In this document: positions 30,183-39,123 of the stretch, piece after piece
Numbering within the stretch: position 1 is the first letter of the stretch
How the letters are laid out: every line of letters starts with the position of its first letter
Source of the DNA: an uncultured Nitrospiraceae bacterium
Lineage (GTDB): Bacteria > Nitrospirota > Thermodesulfovibrionia > Thermodesulfovibrionales > Dissulfurispiraceae
Assembly: GCA_963727805.1 (NCBI GenBank)
Contig: CAVSHF010000005.1
Location: 1,088,001-1,152,000, forward strand
DNA length: 64,000 nt
Reading direction: 5' to 3'
Program-made: the position numbers and the translations under genes
The notes under the pieces: model-generated
Database searches by the model: none
The model's input: the letters and a program-made list of their open reading frames with translations, nothing else
What the model was told of the DNA's origin: nothing

Positions 30183-32339
30183 TTAAAACTTATATGCCAT
30201 GCTCACGAAGCCTATGCTCGCATTGTAGCTCGGGTTTGCATAAGCACCTGTAAGAAAAGTGCTGCTGCTGCCGGTGCCCAGGAGATACTGATAATTAGGG
30301 TTAGAATACGCATAATCGTTGTACTTGAACTGTTCAAAAACAGCCCCGATTGCCATCGTGAATGATTTTGATATCGCATAGCTCAATTTGCCGAGAAAAG
30401 TACTTTTATGGTAGGAGTCCACATCGTTAAGATTTGGGTCGCCGACTGGACCGGTAGCCGTGTTGGAATTCACGCCGTTAATCACTCCGGGGAACGCAAA
30501 GGCGAAATCCTCCGTACCATCAGAATTCACATAATCATACTGCACCCTGAACGTCAGCTTTTTCGGCACCAGATAGAAATCGACCCCTGCCCCGAATTCA
30601 TAAGTATCGTCTTTCAGTTTCCGGTTCCACATGAAGTTGGAACTCGTCGGCGTTGTGCCGATTGAGGCAGCACTGCCATTGAAATCGACCAGGAATTGTT
30701 GGGTATTTTCGAGATCAAAGTAAGCGTTCACTTTTATAACGCTTCCGGCCAGGTAATCGCCATAAATTTCGAACTCATTCGTCTTCGCATTTTGAACGCC
30801 CAGACTATCATCAGGGTAGGTAGCTTTCTTATATTTGTATGCGGCACCGATATTAAGGTTAGAGAGAGGAGAAGCATCCACAGCAATCTTATAGGTGTCC
30901 CGTCTCTGCTTTGCGGCATCGAATGCCACAAATTGTGGAAAATTGAGATGGGTTGGGCTGGAATCCAAATCATATGAAGGACCATATTTAGCCAATCTCA
31001 TCAGCCGCTCATAGCCGATCTTCGGCGTCAGGAAATCAAGACCATTCCATCTCAGTTCGGCCGAATATAAATTGTCTTTCGTTGAAGGGATATCCGGTCT
31101 GTTTTCCCTGTTTGTATCGATATATGCATAAGCTACATTCAGATGAAATTGTTCGGGAAGCTTAAATCCGAAATCAGCTCCGTAATGGTTCTTTTTATAA
31201 TCGAAAAGAGGGATCTGAACGATAGGGGGAGTATTGCCCGGGATCGTTTGGGTTATAATGCTCGAATTGTTCTCCGTGCTGTAATATTTGTAGTACAGCT
31301 TGACGTCGAAGAATCGGAGAGGTCTGGATGTCAGAGAAAAGGCGTAATTCTGGACGTGCTTGCGTCCCGTAAAGTCATTGGAGTTCAAAGTTGTTGTGGG
31401 ATTGCCAGCTATTGAATTGTTGAAGTTAAGAAGGGGAGTGAGATCAAAACTCGACCTCTCGTAAGAATCGTCAAGACTAACGTTGAAACGGCTGTTCAGC
31501 GGCAGCTGCACCACACTTTTGAACCCCAGTTTGTAGTAATGGTTGTCGGGCGGAAGTGACATCAGAGACGCTGTCGAACCGCTTATCGGTCCGGTCCCGT
31601 CGATCAACAGGGTCTGGTTTGCATTTGTGAACTCGCCGTATGAGTACGTTGCTGCGGCAAACACCGGGGTAGACCTGTATCCGATTTCACCCATATAATT
31701 GGTGGTCTCGTAATTAACAGGAGCGGGGATTTCAATTGCGCCTGAGCCGCCGATCCCACCGTTGCTCCACGGGGTAACGCCGCTTCTGTCCTCCCTGGAC
31801 ACAGAGAAATTAACGTAAAAAGGGTTAAGCACATCTACTCTTATCTCGCCGCCGTACTGGCTCCTTTTGATAGTGTAGTCAAATGAGTTCCACGTTGATG
31901 GATTCTTGTTCGAAGGGACCCCAGCAGTGAGAGGGCTCGTAAGGTGGTTGGATCCAACGCCGGAGTAAGGGGTCAGCGCACCGGTAGTGGTATTATGTAT
32001 GATCTCGTTAGTGAAGACGTCGAGCTTGAACTTGCCATACATGCCGCCATCAAGCTGATAGTTTTGAGTATGGTAGCCTGGATCGAGGACTCTGATTTTC
32101 ATCCAATAGTCGTCGCTATCATAACCCAGCCTGATATCTCCGAAAAGACCGCCTTGCGACGTCTTCAAGTCTCTATATTCACTGAATTTGGCTTTGCTGC
32201 CGCTCACATCAGTGGCTGCACCCGTTGCACCCACCTCTCCATAAAATGTCCCGTGTGTCTCAGCGTCGTCAACTGCAAAAGCACTGGCAAATGGCAGGAG
32301 CAAAAAAGAGATGATTATAGTTATTTTTCTTAATTTCAT
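30183..32339 (-). CDS. MtrB/PioB family outer-membrane beta-barrel (decaheme-associated porin)
   Basis: Signal peptide, AKFSEYRD and SLPPDN motifs, C-terminal ..YKF; directly downstream of a decaheme cytochrome. Confidence 0.9.
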   Translation of the reverse strand: MKLRKITIIISFLLLPFASAFAVDDAETHGTFYGEVGATGAATDVSGSKAKFSEYRDLKTSQGGLFGDIRLGYDSDDYWMKIRVLDPGYHTQNYQLDGGMYGKFKLDVFTNEIIHNTTTGALTPYSGVGSNHLTSPLTAGVPSNKNPSTWNSFDYTIKRSQYGGEIRVDVLNPFYVNFSVSREDRSGVTPWSNGGIGGSGAIEIPAPVNYETTNYMGEIGYRSTPVFAAATYSYGEFTNANQTLLIDGTGPISGSTASLMSLPPDNHYYKLGFKSVVQLPLNSRFNVSLDDSYERSSFDLTPLLNFNNSIAGNPTTTLNSNDFTGRKHVQNYAFSLTSRPLRFFDVKLYYKYYSTENNSSIITQTIPGNTPPIVQIPLFDYKKNHYGADFGFKLPEQFHLNVAYAYIDTNRENRPDIPSTKDNLYSAELRWNGLDFLTPKIGYERLMRLAKYGPSYDLDSSPTHLNFPQFVAFDAAKQRRDTYKIAVDASPLSNLNIGAAYKYKKATYPDDSLGVQNAKTNEFEIYGDYLAGSVIKVNAYFDLENTQQFLVDFNGSAASIGTTPTSSNFMWNRKLKDDTYEFGAGVDFYLVPKKLTFRVQYDYVNSDGTEDFAFAFPGVINGVNSNTATGPVGDPNLNDVDSYHKSTFLGKLSYAISKSFTMAIGAVFEQFKYNDYAYSNPNYQYLLGTGSSSTFLTGAYANPSYNASIGFVSMAYKF

Positions 32340-32350
32340 TTCATTGCCTC

Positions 32351-33292
32351 CTATTCCCTAAAAGAACAGCCATTCGCAGTTTTTAATCCGTTGCTGCCGT
32401 GAATGGACGGGTGGCAGTTCAGGCAGGCACGGCCGTATACATGGTTTGAGGGGTTGGTAATACCAGGCGCAGACGTCTGGAAGCGGGTGAAAGGCTTCCC
32501 CCCCATACTCCCTCCGTTTCCGTGGCACTGCTCGCACAGAGACGGCACCCTCTGAGTCAGTAATCTGGGATGATTGCTCCCGTGGGGATTATGGCAGTTA
32601 TCGCAATTCTCTTCTACAGGCGGGTGCTCGTTCATGTATGGCCCTCTTTTTTCCGCGTGACATTTATAGCAAAGGTCGTTGATAGAACCAGCCTTTAACA
32701 TTTTGTCGCTAAGCTCACCATGAGGGTTATGACAGTTAACACATGCAACCTTGCCTTCTTTGATTGGATGGTGGGACTGTTTGTTTACCATGGCTTTTAT
32801 GGCACTGTGGCACTGATAACACACCTCGGATTTTTCCGCTTTCAGGAGCTTATCTCCTCCTCTGTGAGGCGAATGGCAGTTGTCACACGAAACATCCTCG
32901 GTACTATGTCTGCCACTCTTCCAAAACGCCTGATCCTTCATCACTTCATGGCAGGAGAGGCATTTTGCCGTCTTAGCGCCCGGATCTGTTTTTTTATCGA
33001 ACGCAAAGATATCCACTCCTCGTCCGCCGCCTTTTTCAACATGCTTTGCTCCGGGACCATGGCAGGTTTCGCAAGCGTCCTGCGATGCCGGCCCTTTCAC
33101 ATGTTTTTTTGAATGGACGGTCTTTTGATAGGTTTCATACTGGGTTTCGTGACAGCCCTTACATGTCGCAGCGCCGATGTATCCTTTCTTTGCATCGTCT
33201 TCTTTAATTCCCTCATCAGCGCCGAACGACACCGAGACGGAGAATAGAAGCAGGATTAGTGGAAATATAAGCAGAATATACCTTCTCTTCAT
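32351..33292 (-). CDS. DmsE/MtrA family decaheme c-type cytochrome
   Basis: Signal peptide; exactly 10 CxxCH; CETCHGPG, SHHP, CHAEKRGP and CHPSIHGSN motifs. Confidence 0.95.
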   Translation of the reverse strand: MKRRYILLIFPLILLLFSVSVSFGADEGIKEDDAKKGYIGAATCKGCHETQYETYQKTVHSKKHVKGPASQDACETCHGPGAKHVEKGGGRGVDIFAFDKKTDPGAKTAKCLSCHEVMKDQAFWKSGRHSTEDVSCDNCHSPHRGGDKLLKAEKSEVCYQCHSAIKAMVNKQSHHPIKEGKVACVNCHNPHGELSDKMLKAGSINDLCYKCHAEKRGPYMNEHPPVEENCDNCHNPHGSNHPRLLTQRVPSLCEQCHGNGGSMGGKPFTRFQTSAPGITNPSNHVYGRACLNCHPSIHGSNGLKTANGCSFRE

Positions 33293-33347
33293 AAAGTGCC
33301 TCCAAGGTTTTCTATGTCGTTATGAATAAATTTGAACACACATACTA

Positions 33348-34178
33348 TTATTTAGCATCCTTCACCAACCGAAAACCCATTGCATGATGCCCAAAGGACG
33401 GTGTAAGACCTACACGATGAGAACTCCTGATCCCCATGGGACCGTTGCTCCAGCCACCGCCACGCATAACACGATATTCTCCAGATCCTTCATAGACCGG
33501 ATTATTCTTCGGAAGCTTGGTATAGGCACGGCTGTCATAAACATCCTCGCACCACTGCCAAACATTGCCAAGTATGTCATAAAGCCCAAATCCGTTAGGT
33601 TTAAAGCTGCCTACCGGTGAAGCAACTGCAAAGCCGTCGTCACAGAAAAAAGCAGTCAATCGCGGCCAACGTTTCTTTGCAGTCATATCTGCCACATTTG
33701 CATACTGGCAGGCATCATCGGGATTATTGCCCCAGAATCGGCTTGTCTTTGTACCAGCTCGGGCAGCATATTCCCACTCGGCTTCGGTCGGCAGTCGATA
33801 TTTTTGCCCCGTTTTATCCGATAGCCATTTCGCGAAGTCCACAGCATCTTCCCATGAAACATTGACGACCGGCTGTTGATCTTCGTCTAGACTCAAGCCT
33901 TCATAATTACCGCTGCTATGCTGGGGCCTGAATTTCTTGAACTGGGCATTTGTTACATCATATCGTCCGATGTAAAAATCCGATACGCACACCTCATGTG
34001 CCGGTCTCTCATTTGGATCTCCATCGCCAGCGGAATCCCCCATTTCATAACAGCCGCCTTTTACGAACACAAGCTCCATCCCTGTTACAGAATCTGAGTA
34101 AAGAGCCTCTGCATGAAGTACCGCGGGATAAGCGAAGAGTAAAAGAACCAATGCTAACCACAGCATTTTGAAAGTCAT
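33348..34178 (-). CDS. Exported FGE/SUMF1-fold protein, paralog A (lacks FGE catalytic cysteines)
   Basis: PVVNVSWEDA, RLPTEAEWEYAAR, GNVWQW, RGGGW and GFRLV motifs; start at ATG 34178 after AGGAGG gives a signal peptide. Confidence 0.88.
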   Translation of the reverse strand: MTFKMLWLALVLLLFAYPAVLHAEALYSDSVTGMELVFVKGGCYEMGDSAGDGDPNERPAHEVCVSDFYIGRYDVTNAQFKKFRPQHSSGNYEGLSLDEDQQPVVNVSWEDAVDFAKWLSDKTGQKYRLPTEAEWEYAARAGTKTSRFWGNNPDDACQYANVADMTAKKRWPRLTAFFCDDGFAVASPVGSFKPNGFGLYDILGNVWQWCEDVYDSRAYTKLPKNNPVYEGSGEYRVMRGGGWSNGPMGIRSSHRVGLTPSFGHHAMGFRLVKDAK

Positions 34179-34411
34179 CCTGTACCTCCTCTTCTTGATA
34201 AATTGGCTTGACGGACCACAGGCGCTGCAAAGCGTAGATCTGATCGAATTGTTCCTGCATATCGCCGTTTCTGCCCCTGAGAGATTGGGACTCTTCATAT
34301 ATGAATTCGGAGATAAAATAACGGCACCGGTGCATCGCTGAGTTTGGGGAAGAATCATAGAAGATAACACCCCTTAAGCTATATTGGGCTACAGTTTATT
34401 TTGAACAAATG

Positions 34412-34597
34412 TTATCTAATATTTGCAGCCTGAGGGTGAGGAAGGGTCAGACTCAGAAGGCTGCTTAAAATCAAGTATAACAACAAAAAGCCGGTCAAGC
34501 ATCGGTTGTCGTGTTGATCGAAAAATAATACGTTAATACCGCCGAGAAAAAAGATCATGCTGAAGGTCAGTAAACCTTTGACAATCTGTTTCTTCAT
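34412..34597 (-). pseudogene. Short membrane-anchored ORF, probable remnant of a sensor histidine kinase
   Basis: ATGA overlap with the upstream binding-protein gene; MKKQIVKGLLTFSMIFFLGGI resembles the first TM of sensor kinases; only 61 aa. Confidence 0.45.
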
Positions 34598-35520
34598 TCC
34601 TTGCCCGCGTAGTCGAACGTTTGAAGCTGAATGCCTACTTCCCGGGCATATTCATAAATCGCTTTATAATCTTCATCCGTAGTCTCGATAAACCTTCTCG
34701 CTCCAAACTTCTCGAGCACGTTCTGTCCATCCGGATCTTTGTACATATCGAGTAGGACCTGCTTAAGTTCTTTCTTAAGTGCGACGTCAAGTCCCTTTCG
34801 AACCGCAAAGCCGCTTTCAGGCTCCTCGGGGAACCTCTCAAGAACCATCAGGTCGTTCTTTATGCGGCTGTTAGTGGCTTCAACTTTCTCGAAAACAGTG
34901 TTCTTTGCTGCGCCGATATCCGCCTTTCCGTCTAGCACATCGTAAATCGCCTCTGTATAGGTTCCCGCGAAATAGACCTCTTTGAAGTACGCCTTGTAAT
35001 TCTCAATACCCATTTTCTTAAAATATGCCAAAGGCAACAGGTAACCGGCGGTTGTAGCTTTGTCCACAAACGCAAAACGTTTCCCTTTCATGTCTTTTAT
35101 CGATTTAATTCCGCTGTCCCTTCTCACAAAAATGACACCGCGAGACATCGATCTACCGTAAAGGTCCTCAGCGCGCACCAGCACCTCAGCGCCCGCTGTT
35201 ATGTGAACAAGCGCATAGCTAAAACTCCCCAAAAAAGCCCCGTCAACTTCCGACGAGTGAAAATAATCAATTATAGTGCCATAGTGGGGCACTACTCGCC
35301 AGCGAATTGGTCTGCCGATCTTGGCCGAAAGATAGTCGGAAAGCTGCTCGTACCGATCCATCTGGGCGAAGATGTTTTGCTCCGGAATAAGTCCAACAAC
35401 AATTTCCGGACCTCGTGATACCGTCTTTGGAGAGATATCTTCCCGCTTTTTACAAGCGGTAAGAGCAGAGAGAAGGCAACAAATGATAACAAGTGATTTA
35501 AACATTGGACAGATCAGCAA
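34594..35520 (-). CDS. PhnD/SsuA-type substrate-binding lipoprotein (no ABC permease nearby)
   Basis: LTAC lipobox, GLIPEQN, FAFVDKATTAGYLLP and FIETTDEDY motifs; start uncertain. Confidence 0.85.
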   Translation of the reverse strand: MLICPMFKSLVIICCLLSALTACKKREDISPKTVSRGPEIVVGLIPEQNIFAQMDRYEQLSDYLSAKIGRPIRWRVVPHYGTIIDYFHSSEVDGAFLGSFSYALVHITAGAEVLVRAEDLYGRSMSRGVIFVRRDSGIKSIKDMKGKRFAFVDKATTAGYLLPLAYFKKMGIENYKAYFKEVYFAGTYTEAIYDVLDGKADIGAAKNTVFEKVEATNSRIKNDLMVLERFPEEPESGFAVRKGLDVALKKELKQVLLDMYKDPDGQNVLEKFGARRFIETTDEDYKAIYEYAREVGIQLQTFDYAGKE

Positions 35521-35698
35521 GCCTTTATGACGCAGGTTGCGGTCATACGTCGCAGACCCACAGGATTGCTTCGATGCCTCCTTTTAATCAAAAATCCAGG
35601 CATTTCAAACCGGCTCGAAATCAGCATGCATAATCATAAAAACGTGGTCCCTGAGTTGGCAATGAGTACAGAACCTTCAAAATAATCTTGTACTCTTC

Positions 35699-36520
35699 TC
35701 ATTTCGTCGTCACCAGCCGAAACCCGAGTGCATGATGGCCGAAATCCGGAGTCAGCGGTACACGATGAGATACCCTTACACCCAGAGGTCCGTTGCTCCA
35801 TCCGCCGCCCCGCATAACGCGATATATGCCGGAACCCTCGAACACCGGGTTGTATCTCGGAAGTTTGGTATAGGCTCCTTTGTTGTATACGTCCTCCACC
35901 CACTGCCAAACATTGCCCAGCATATCGTAAAGTCCATAGCCGTTTGGCAAAAAACTGCCGACAGGAGACGAAACCACAAACTTGTCATCACAGTTAAAGA
36001 CAGTCCACCTCTTCCATCGCTTCCTTGCAGAGAGATCAGCCACGTTTGCATATTTGCAGGCATCGTCAGGGTTATCGCCCCAGAAATATGTAGTCTTTGT
36101 TCCTGCCCGCGCGGCATACTCCCACTCTGCCTCGGTTGGCAGCCTGTAAGTCTTCCCGCTTTTTTGCGACAGCCATCTAGCAAAAGCGACCGCATCCTCC
36201 CAGGACACATTCACAACCGGCTGCATGTCATCATTGACTGACATGCCCTCAAATTCGCCACTATTATGCTGGGGCCGAAATTTTCTGAACTGCTGATTGG
36301 TAACATCGAACTTACCTATGTAAAAATCACTAACGCACACCTCATGGAGAGGCCTGTCATTACTGTCGCCGGCTGGGTCCCCCATTTCATAACACCCCCC
36401 TTTAATAAATACAAACTCCAGTCCTGTGACAGCATCCACAAGTGGGGGTTCTGCATTGGCAGCTGCAACAAATACGGAAAGGACAAGCATCAATGCAGCT
36501 AACGAAATTTTTAAGACCAT
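35699..36520 (-). CDS. Exported FGE/SUMF1-fold protein, paralog B (lacks FGE catalytic cysteines)
   Basis: Same motifs as paralog A, roughly three-quarters identical by eye; signal peptide ending AANA; start at ATG 36520. Confidence 0.88.
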   Translation of the reverse strand: MVLKISLAALMLVLSVFVAAANAEPPLVDAVTGLEFVFIKGGCYEMGDPAGDSNDRPLHEVCVSDFYIGKFDVTNQQFRKFRPQHNSGEFEGMSVNDDMQPVVNVSWEDAVAFARWLSQKSGKTYRLPTEAEWEYAARAGTKTTYFWGDNPDDACKYANVADLSARKRWKRWTVFNCDDKFVVSSPVGSFLPNGYGLYDMLGNVWQWVEDVYNKGAYTKLPRYNPVFEGSGIYRVMRGGGWSNGPLGVRVSHRVPLTPDFGHHALGFRLVTTK

Positions 36521-36835
36521 GTTACGCCTTCTCCCCTGCAATTGCTAGATTCTCAATTGGTGTATCTCCTGACTGAAGCAATATGTGCGACACTAAGCAT
36601 AGGCGAGTTCGCTCTGGTGACTGTGTCAGATTTCTCTTGAACACCCATCTCCTTAAACGGCGATTGATGATATTTATTTTAAAGAACCTTATTATTAGTA
36701 TAGCAAAAAAATATCTGCCTGAGTAGCCGATAATCTGATACTCCTAAAATTTATAGCACCCATAACGAAGATATATCAAGCGGGTCAGTAAAGTCTCCAC
36801 GACAAGACTATTAAAATTCGTTACTATGTAGGAGT

Positions 36836-37243
36836 TATATCACTAAAAGTTGGCAACTGGATTTGACTCTTAATATCCAGTCCGTTGCCGATAAGCACAA
36901 AAAACTTGTTCCACTTGTGAATGACCGTTACAATGCCATGAGGTCTGTGAAAGGACAGCAGATTATGGGCAATATCCTTGATGAACTGATTGATTACACC
37001 AAGGCGCATTTTGCAACGGCAGAGCAACTTATGTTGATCCACACGTCCCCTGGATACTTGGTTCATAAGAAGGAGCATGACAATTTAACTCAGCAGGTGG
37101 TCAGCCTTCGCCAGGATTGCAAGGCGGTACAGCCGGTCATTACCGTCGCGCTTATAAGCTTTCTCAAGGGCTGGCTCTCCACGCATATCAAAAGCACGGA
37201 TCAAAAACACGACCCTTTCATGATTAACAAAGGGGCATCGTAG
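36836..37243 (+). pseudogene. Degenerate bacteriohemerythrin
   Basis: W..DL..I..HKKL, HFATAE (HxxxE Glu replaced by Ala), HKKEH and WLSTHI..D motifs; no in-frame ATG after the GGAG SD at 36831. Confidence 0.7.
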
Positions 37244-37391
37244 TCGGAATCTCCCAAGAAAATGTTCCCGGAATTTTGTCTGATATTTCTTGAGAGCTTT
37301 CGTTACATACTCCCCTGGCGACCCAAATAAAGGGAGGGCAGGCTCACAATCGATAGTGATTATTGAAACTAATCACTATACACGAAGAGGG

Positions 37392-38759
37392 TTAGACTCT
37401 GCTGTCCTCTTGCTGCAACGGGGCACTGTTCATGAGCCGATCGCGGACAAAACCTATATGACCGCGGAGCACATAGAATTGCTCGGCAAAGGACGCTGGT
37501 ACTTTCATATTGTTGACCGCACGTTCTATGTGGTCAAGCCGGGAGAGCAATTCTTGCCTCTTCTCAGGCTCCACATGCGCTAGTAGTTCCTGTTCGAGTG
37601 CAAGCAACGCCCGGTACCATCGGTAGATGCCTAAGCTAATCCGCCATCGATAGAGCGCGGGGATCATACGCAGTCCCGGGATCAACAAAACAACCATCGG
37701 CACAAAAACTACGAGGATGCGATTTACCAGACTCGCCATCCAGAACGGAAGAGAACGATAGAGGAAGCTCTTACCGGATTTGTAATAACGGGCTGCATCG
37801 TCACTAATAGTAAATTCATGTGATAGCGGGGTGGGGAATTCGTCCTTGCGCCTCAGAAGACCAGCGGGACTATGGACTTCATGCGCCGCCTCGATTAATA
37901 AATCTGATAGAGCCGGATGCAGATCGGATCGTGCAATTAGCTCTACTGTGGGGCCGATTAGATGGACATCGTGTGTGGGAATATCTTTCCCAAAATCGAT
38001 GGAGCCCTTCGGTAGCACCAGCTCATTCAAATAGGTGATACGACGAGTATACCCTTCGGCTTGAATAAAATTTAATAGATGAACTCCCCGAGCTGTCATA
38101 AGTGTATGCATATTCTGTACCGAGGCGGAATCTCCCATCAAAAATACGGCGTCAACTTTACCTTCAAGCAACGCCTTTGTTGCGTCTTCTGCTTCCAGAT
38201 CTACAAAAGCTGTCACGCCGTTCGGTTCAATGCCATTAGCTGCGAGCAGTGCCATCGCCAGAGTTCGCGTCCCGCTGCCCGGAGGGCCGATCGCAAGCCG
38301 CTTGCCGTTCAGTTCGGAAAGCAAATCCACCGGCGCAGCACTCCGATAAAAAATCAGTAGTGGTTGATGTGAGATGCTTCCGAGCGAGACAAGCTTATCA
38401 ATCTTCAGTCCAGTGGCTACGCCGCCCTGAACAAACCCGATGTCGACACGAAATGATGGATCATTCAGTCTTTTTAGGTTTTCAAGAGAGCCTTCTGAAG
38501 AAAGGATTTTTAACTTTACGCCATTGCGTGCAAGTATTTTGGCGTATTTCTCGGCGTTGGTTCGGAATACGCTGCCTTCGGGACCGCTTGTGATGATGAT
38601 CGTTTTTGGCGGTGCCGAATGAAAGAACCAGAAAACAGCAAAGATCGTACTTAGGCTGATCAAAAGAATGATAATGACGGCTACTGCACGACCCAGTCCG
38701 AAAAACTCGGTAAATACTGCCTGAACTTGGGCAAGACTTATGTTACGAATTGATCGCAT
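37392..38759 (-). CDS. TAXI family TRAP solute-binding-like membrane protein
   Basis: GSLENL, GFVQGG, IGPPGSGT and LHPAL motifs; N- and C-terminal TM segments. Confidence 0.85.
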   Translation of the reverse strand: MRSIRNISLAQVQAVFTEFFGLGRAVAVIIILLISLSTIFAVFWFFHSAPPKTIIITSGPEGSVFRTNAEKYAKILARNGVKLKILSSEGSLENLKRLNDPSFRVDIGFVQGGVATGLKIDKLVSLGSISHQPLLIFYRSAAPVDLLSELNGKRLAIGPPGSGTRTLAMALLAANGIEPNGVTAFVDLEAEDATKALLEGKVDAVFLMGDSASVQNMHTLMTARGVHLLNFIQAEGYTRRITYLNELVLPKGSIDFGKDIPTHDVHLIGPTVELIARSDLHPALSDLLIEAAHEVHSPAGLLRRKDEFPTPLSHEFTISDDAARYYKSGKSFLYRSLPFWMASLVNRILVVFVPMVVLLIPGLRMIPALYRWRISLGIYRWYRALLALEQELLAHVEPEKRQELLSRLDHIERAVNNMKVPASFAEQFYVLRGHIGFVRDRLMNSAPLQQEDSRV

Positions 38760-39123
38760 GGTTATTAAATTATATCATACTATACTCGGTAAGACGCCTG
38801 TTACTCGCTCTCTCATTTTTAGCATGTCGTAGGTGAAGTCCACTGTCTCGGGTATACTACGGAGATTTATGTTACCGGTTGACGTCAGCACAATCTTAAC
38901 ATTTTTAAAGGTGTTGATACCTGCAGGCAGTGCTCCTCGATGTCATTTGCGAATAGCTATTTCCTGAAGAACTACACACCTGCACTTTCATGGGATAGCC
39001 CGCCTTACACTATAATCATGAGGTTTCATATTCATCTTATCCTGATTGAACAGTTTGTAATACAAAGGCAACTGAATGATTGAAGTGTAGAATTCTGATA
39101 GGGTTCAATACTAAATCCCACCT

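Noticed and set aside
34190..34410. Riboswitch (e.g. c-di-GMP-I/GEMM) upstream of the FGE-A/mtrAB genes, and the 64 aa N-terminal extension in the ORF track
   Set aside because: GEMM core motifs are not found. The SD and signal peptide favour a start at 34178, so the extension is probably not translated.
33348..36520. Diversity-generating retroelement, since FGE/CLec-fold proteins are common DGR targets
   Set aside because: No reverse transcriptase or avd gene and no AAC-rich template repeat in the window. Differences between the two 3' ends are mostly synonymous and not adenine-specific, which fits ordinary paralogy.
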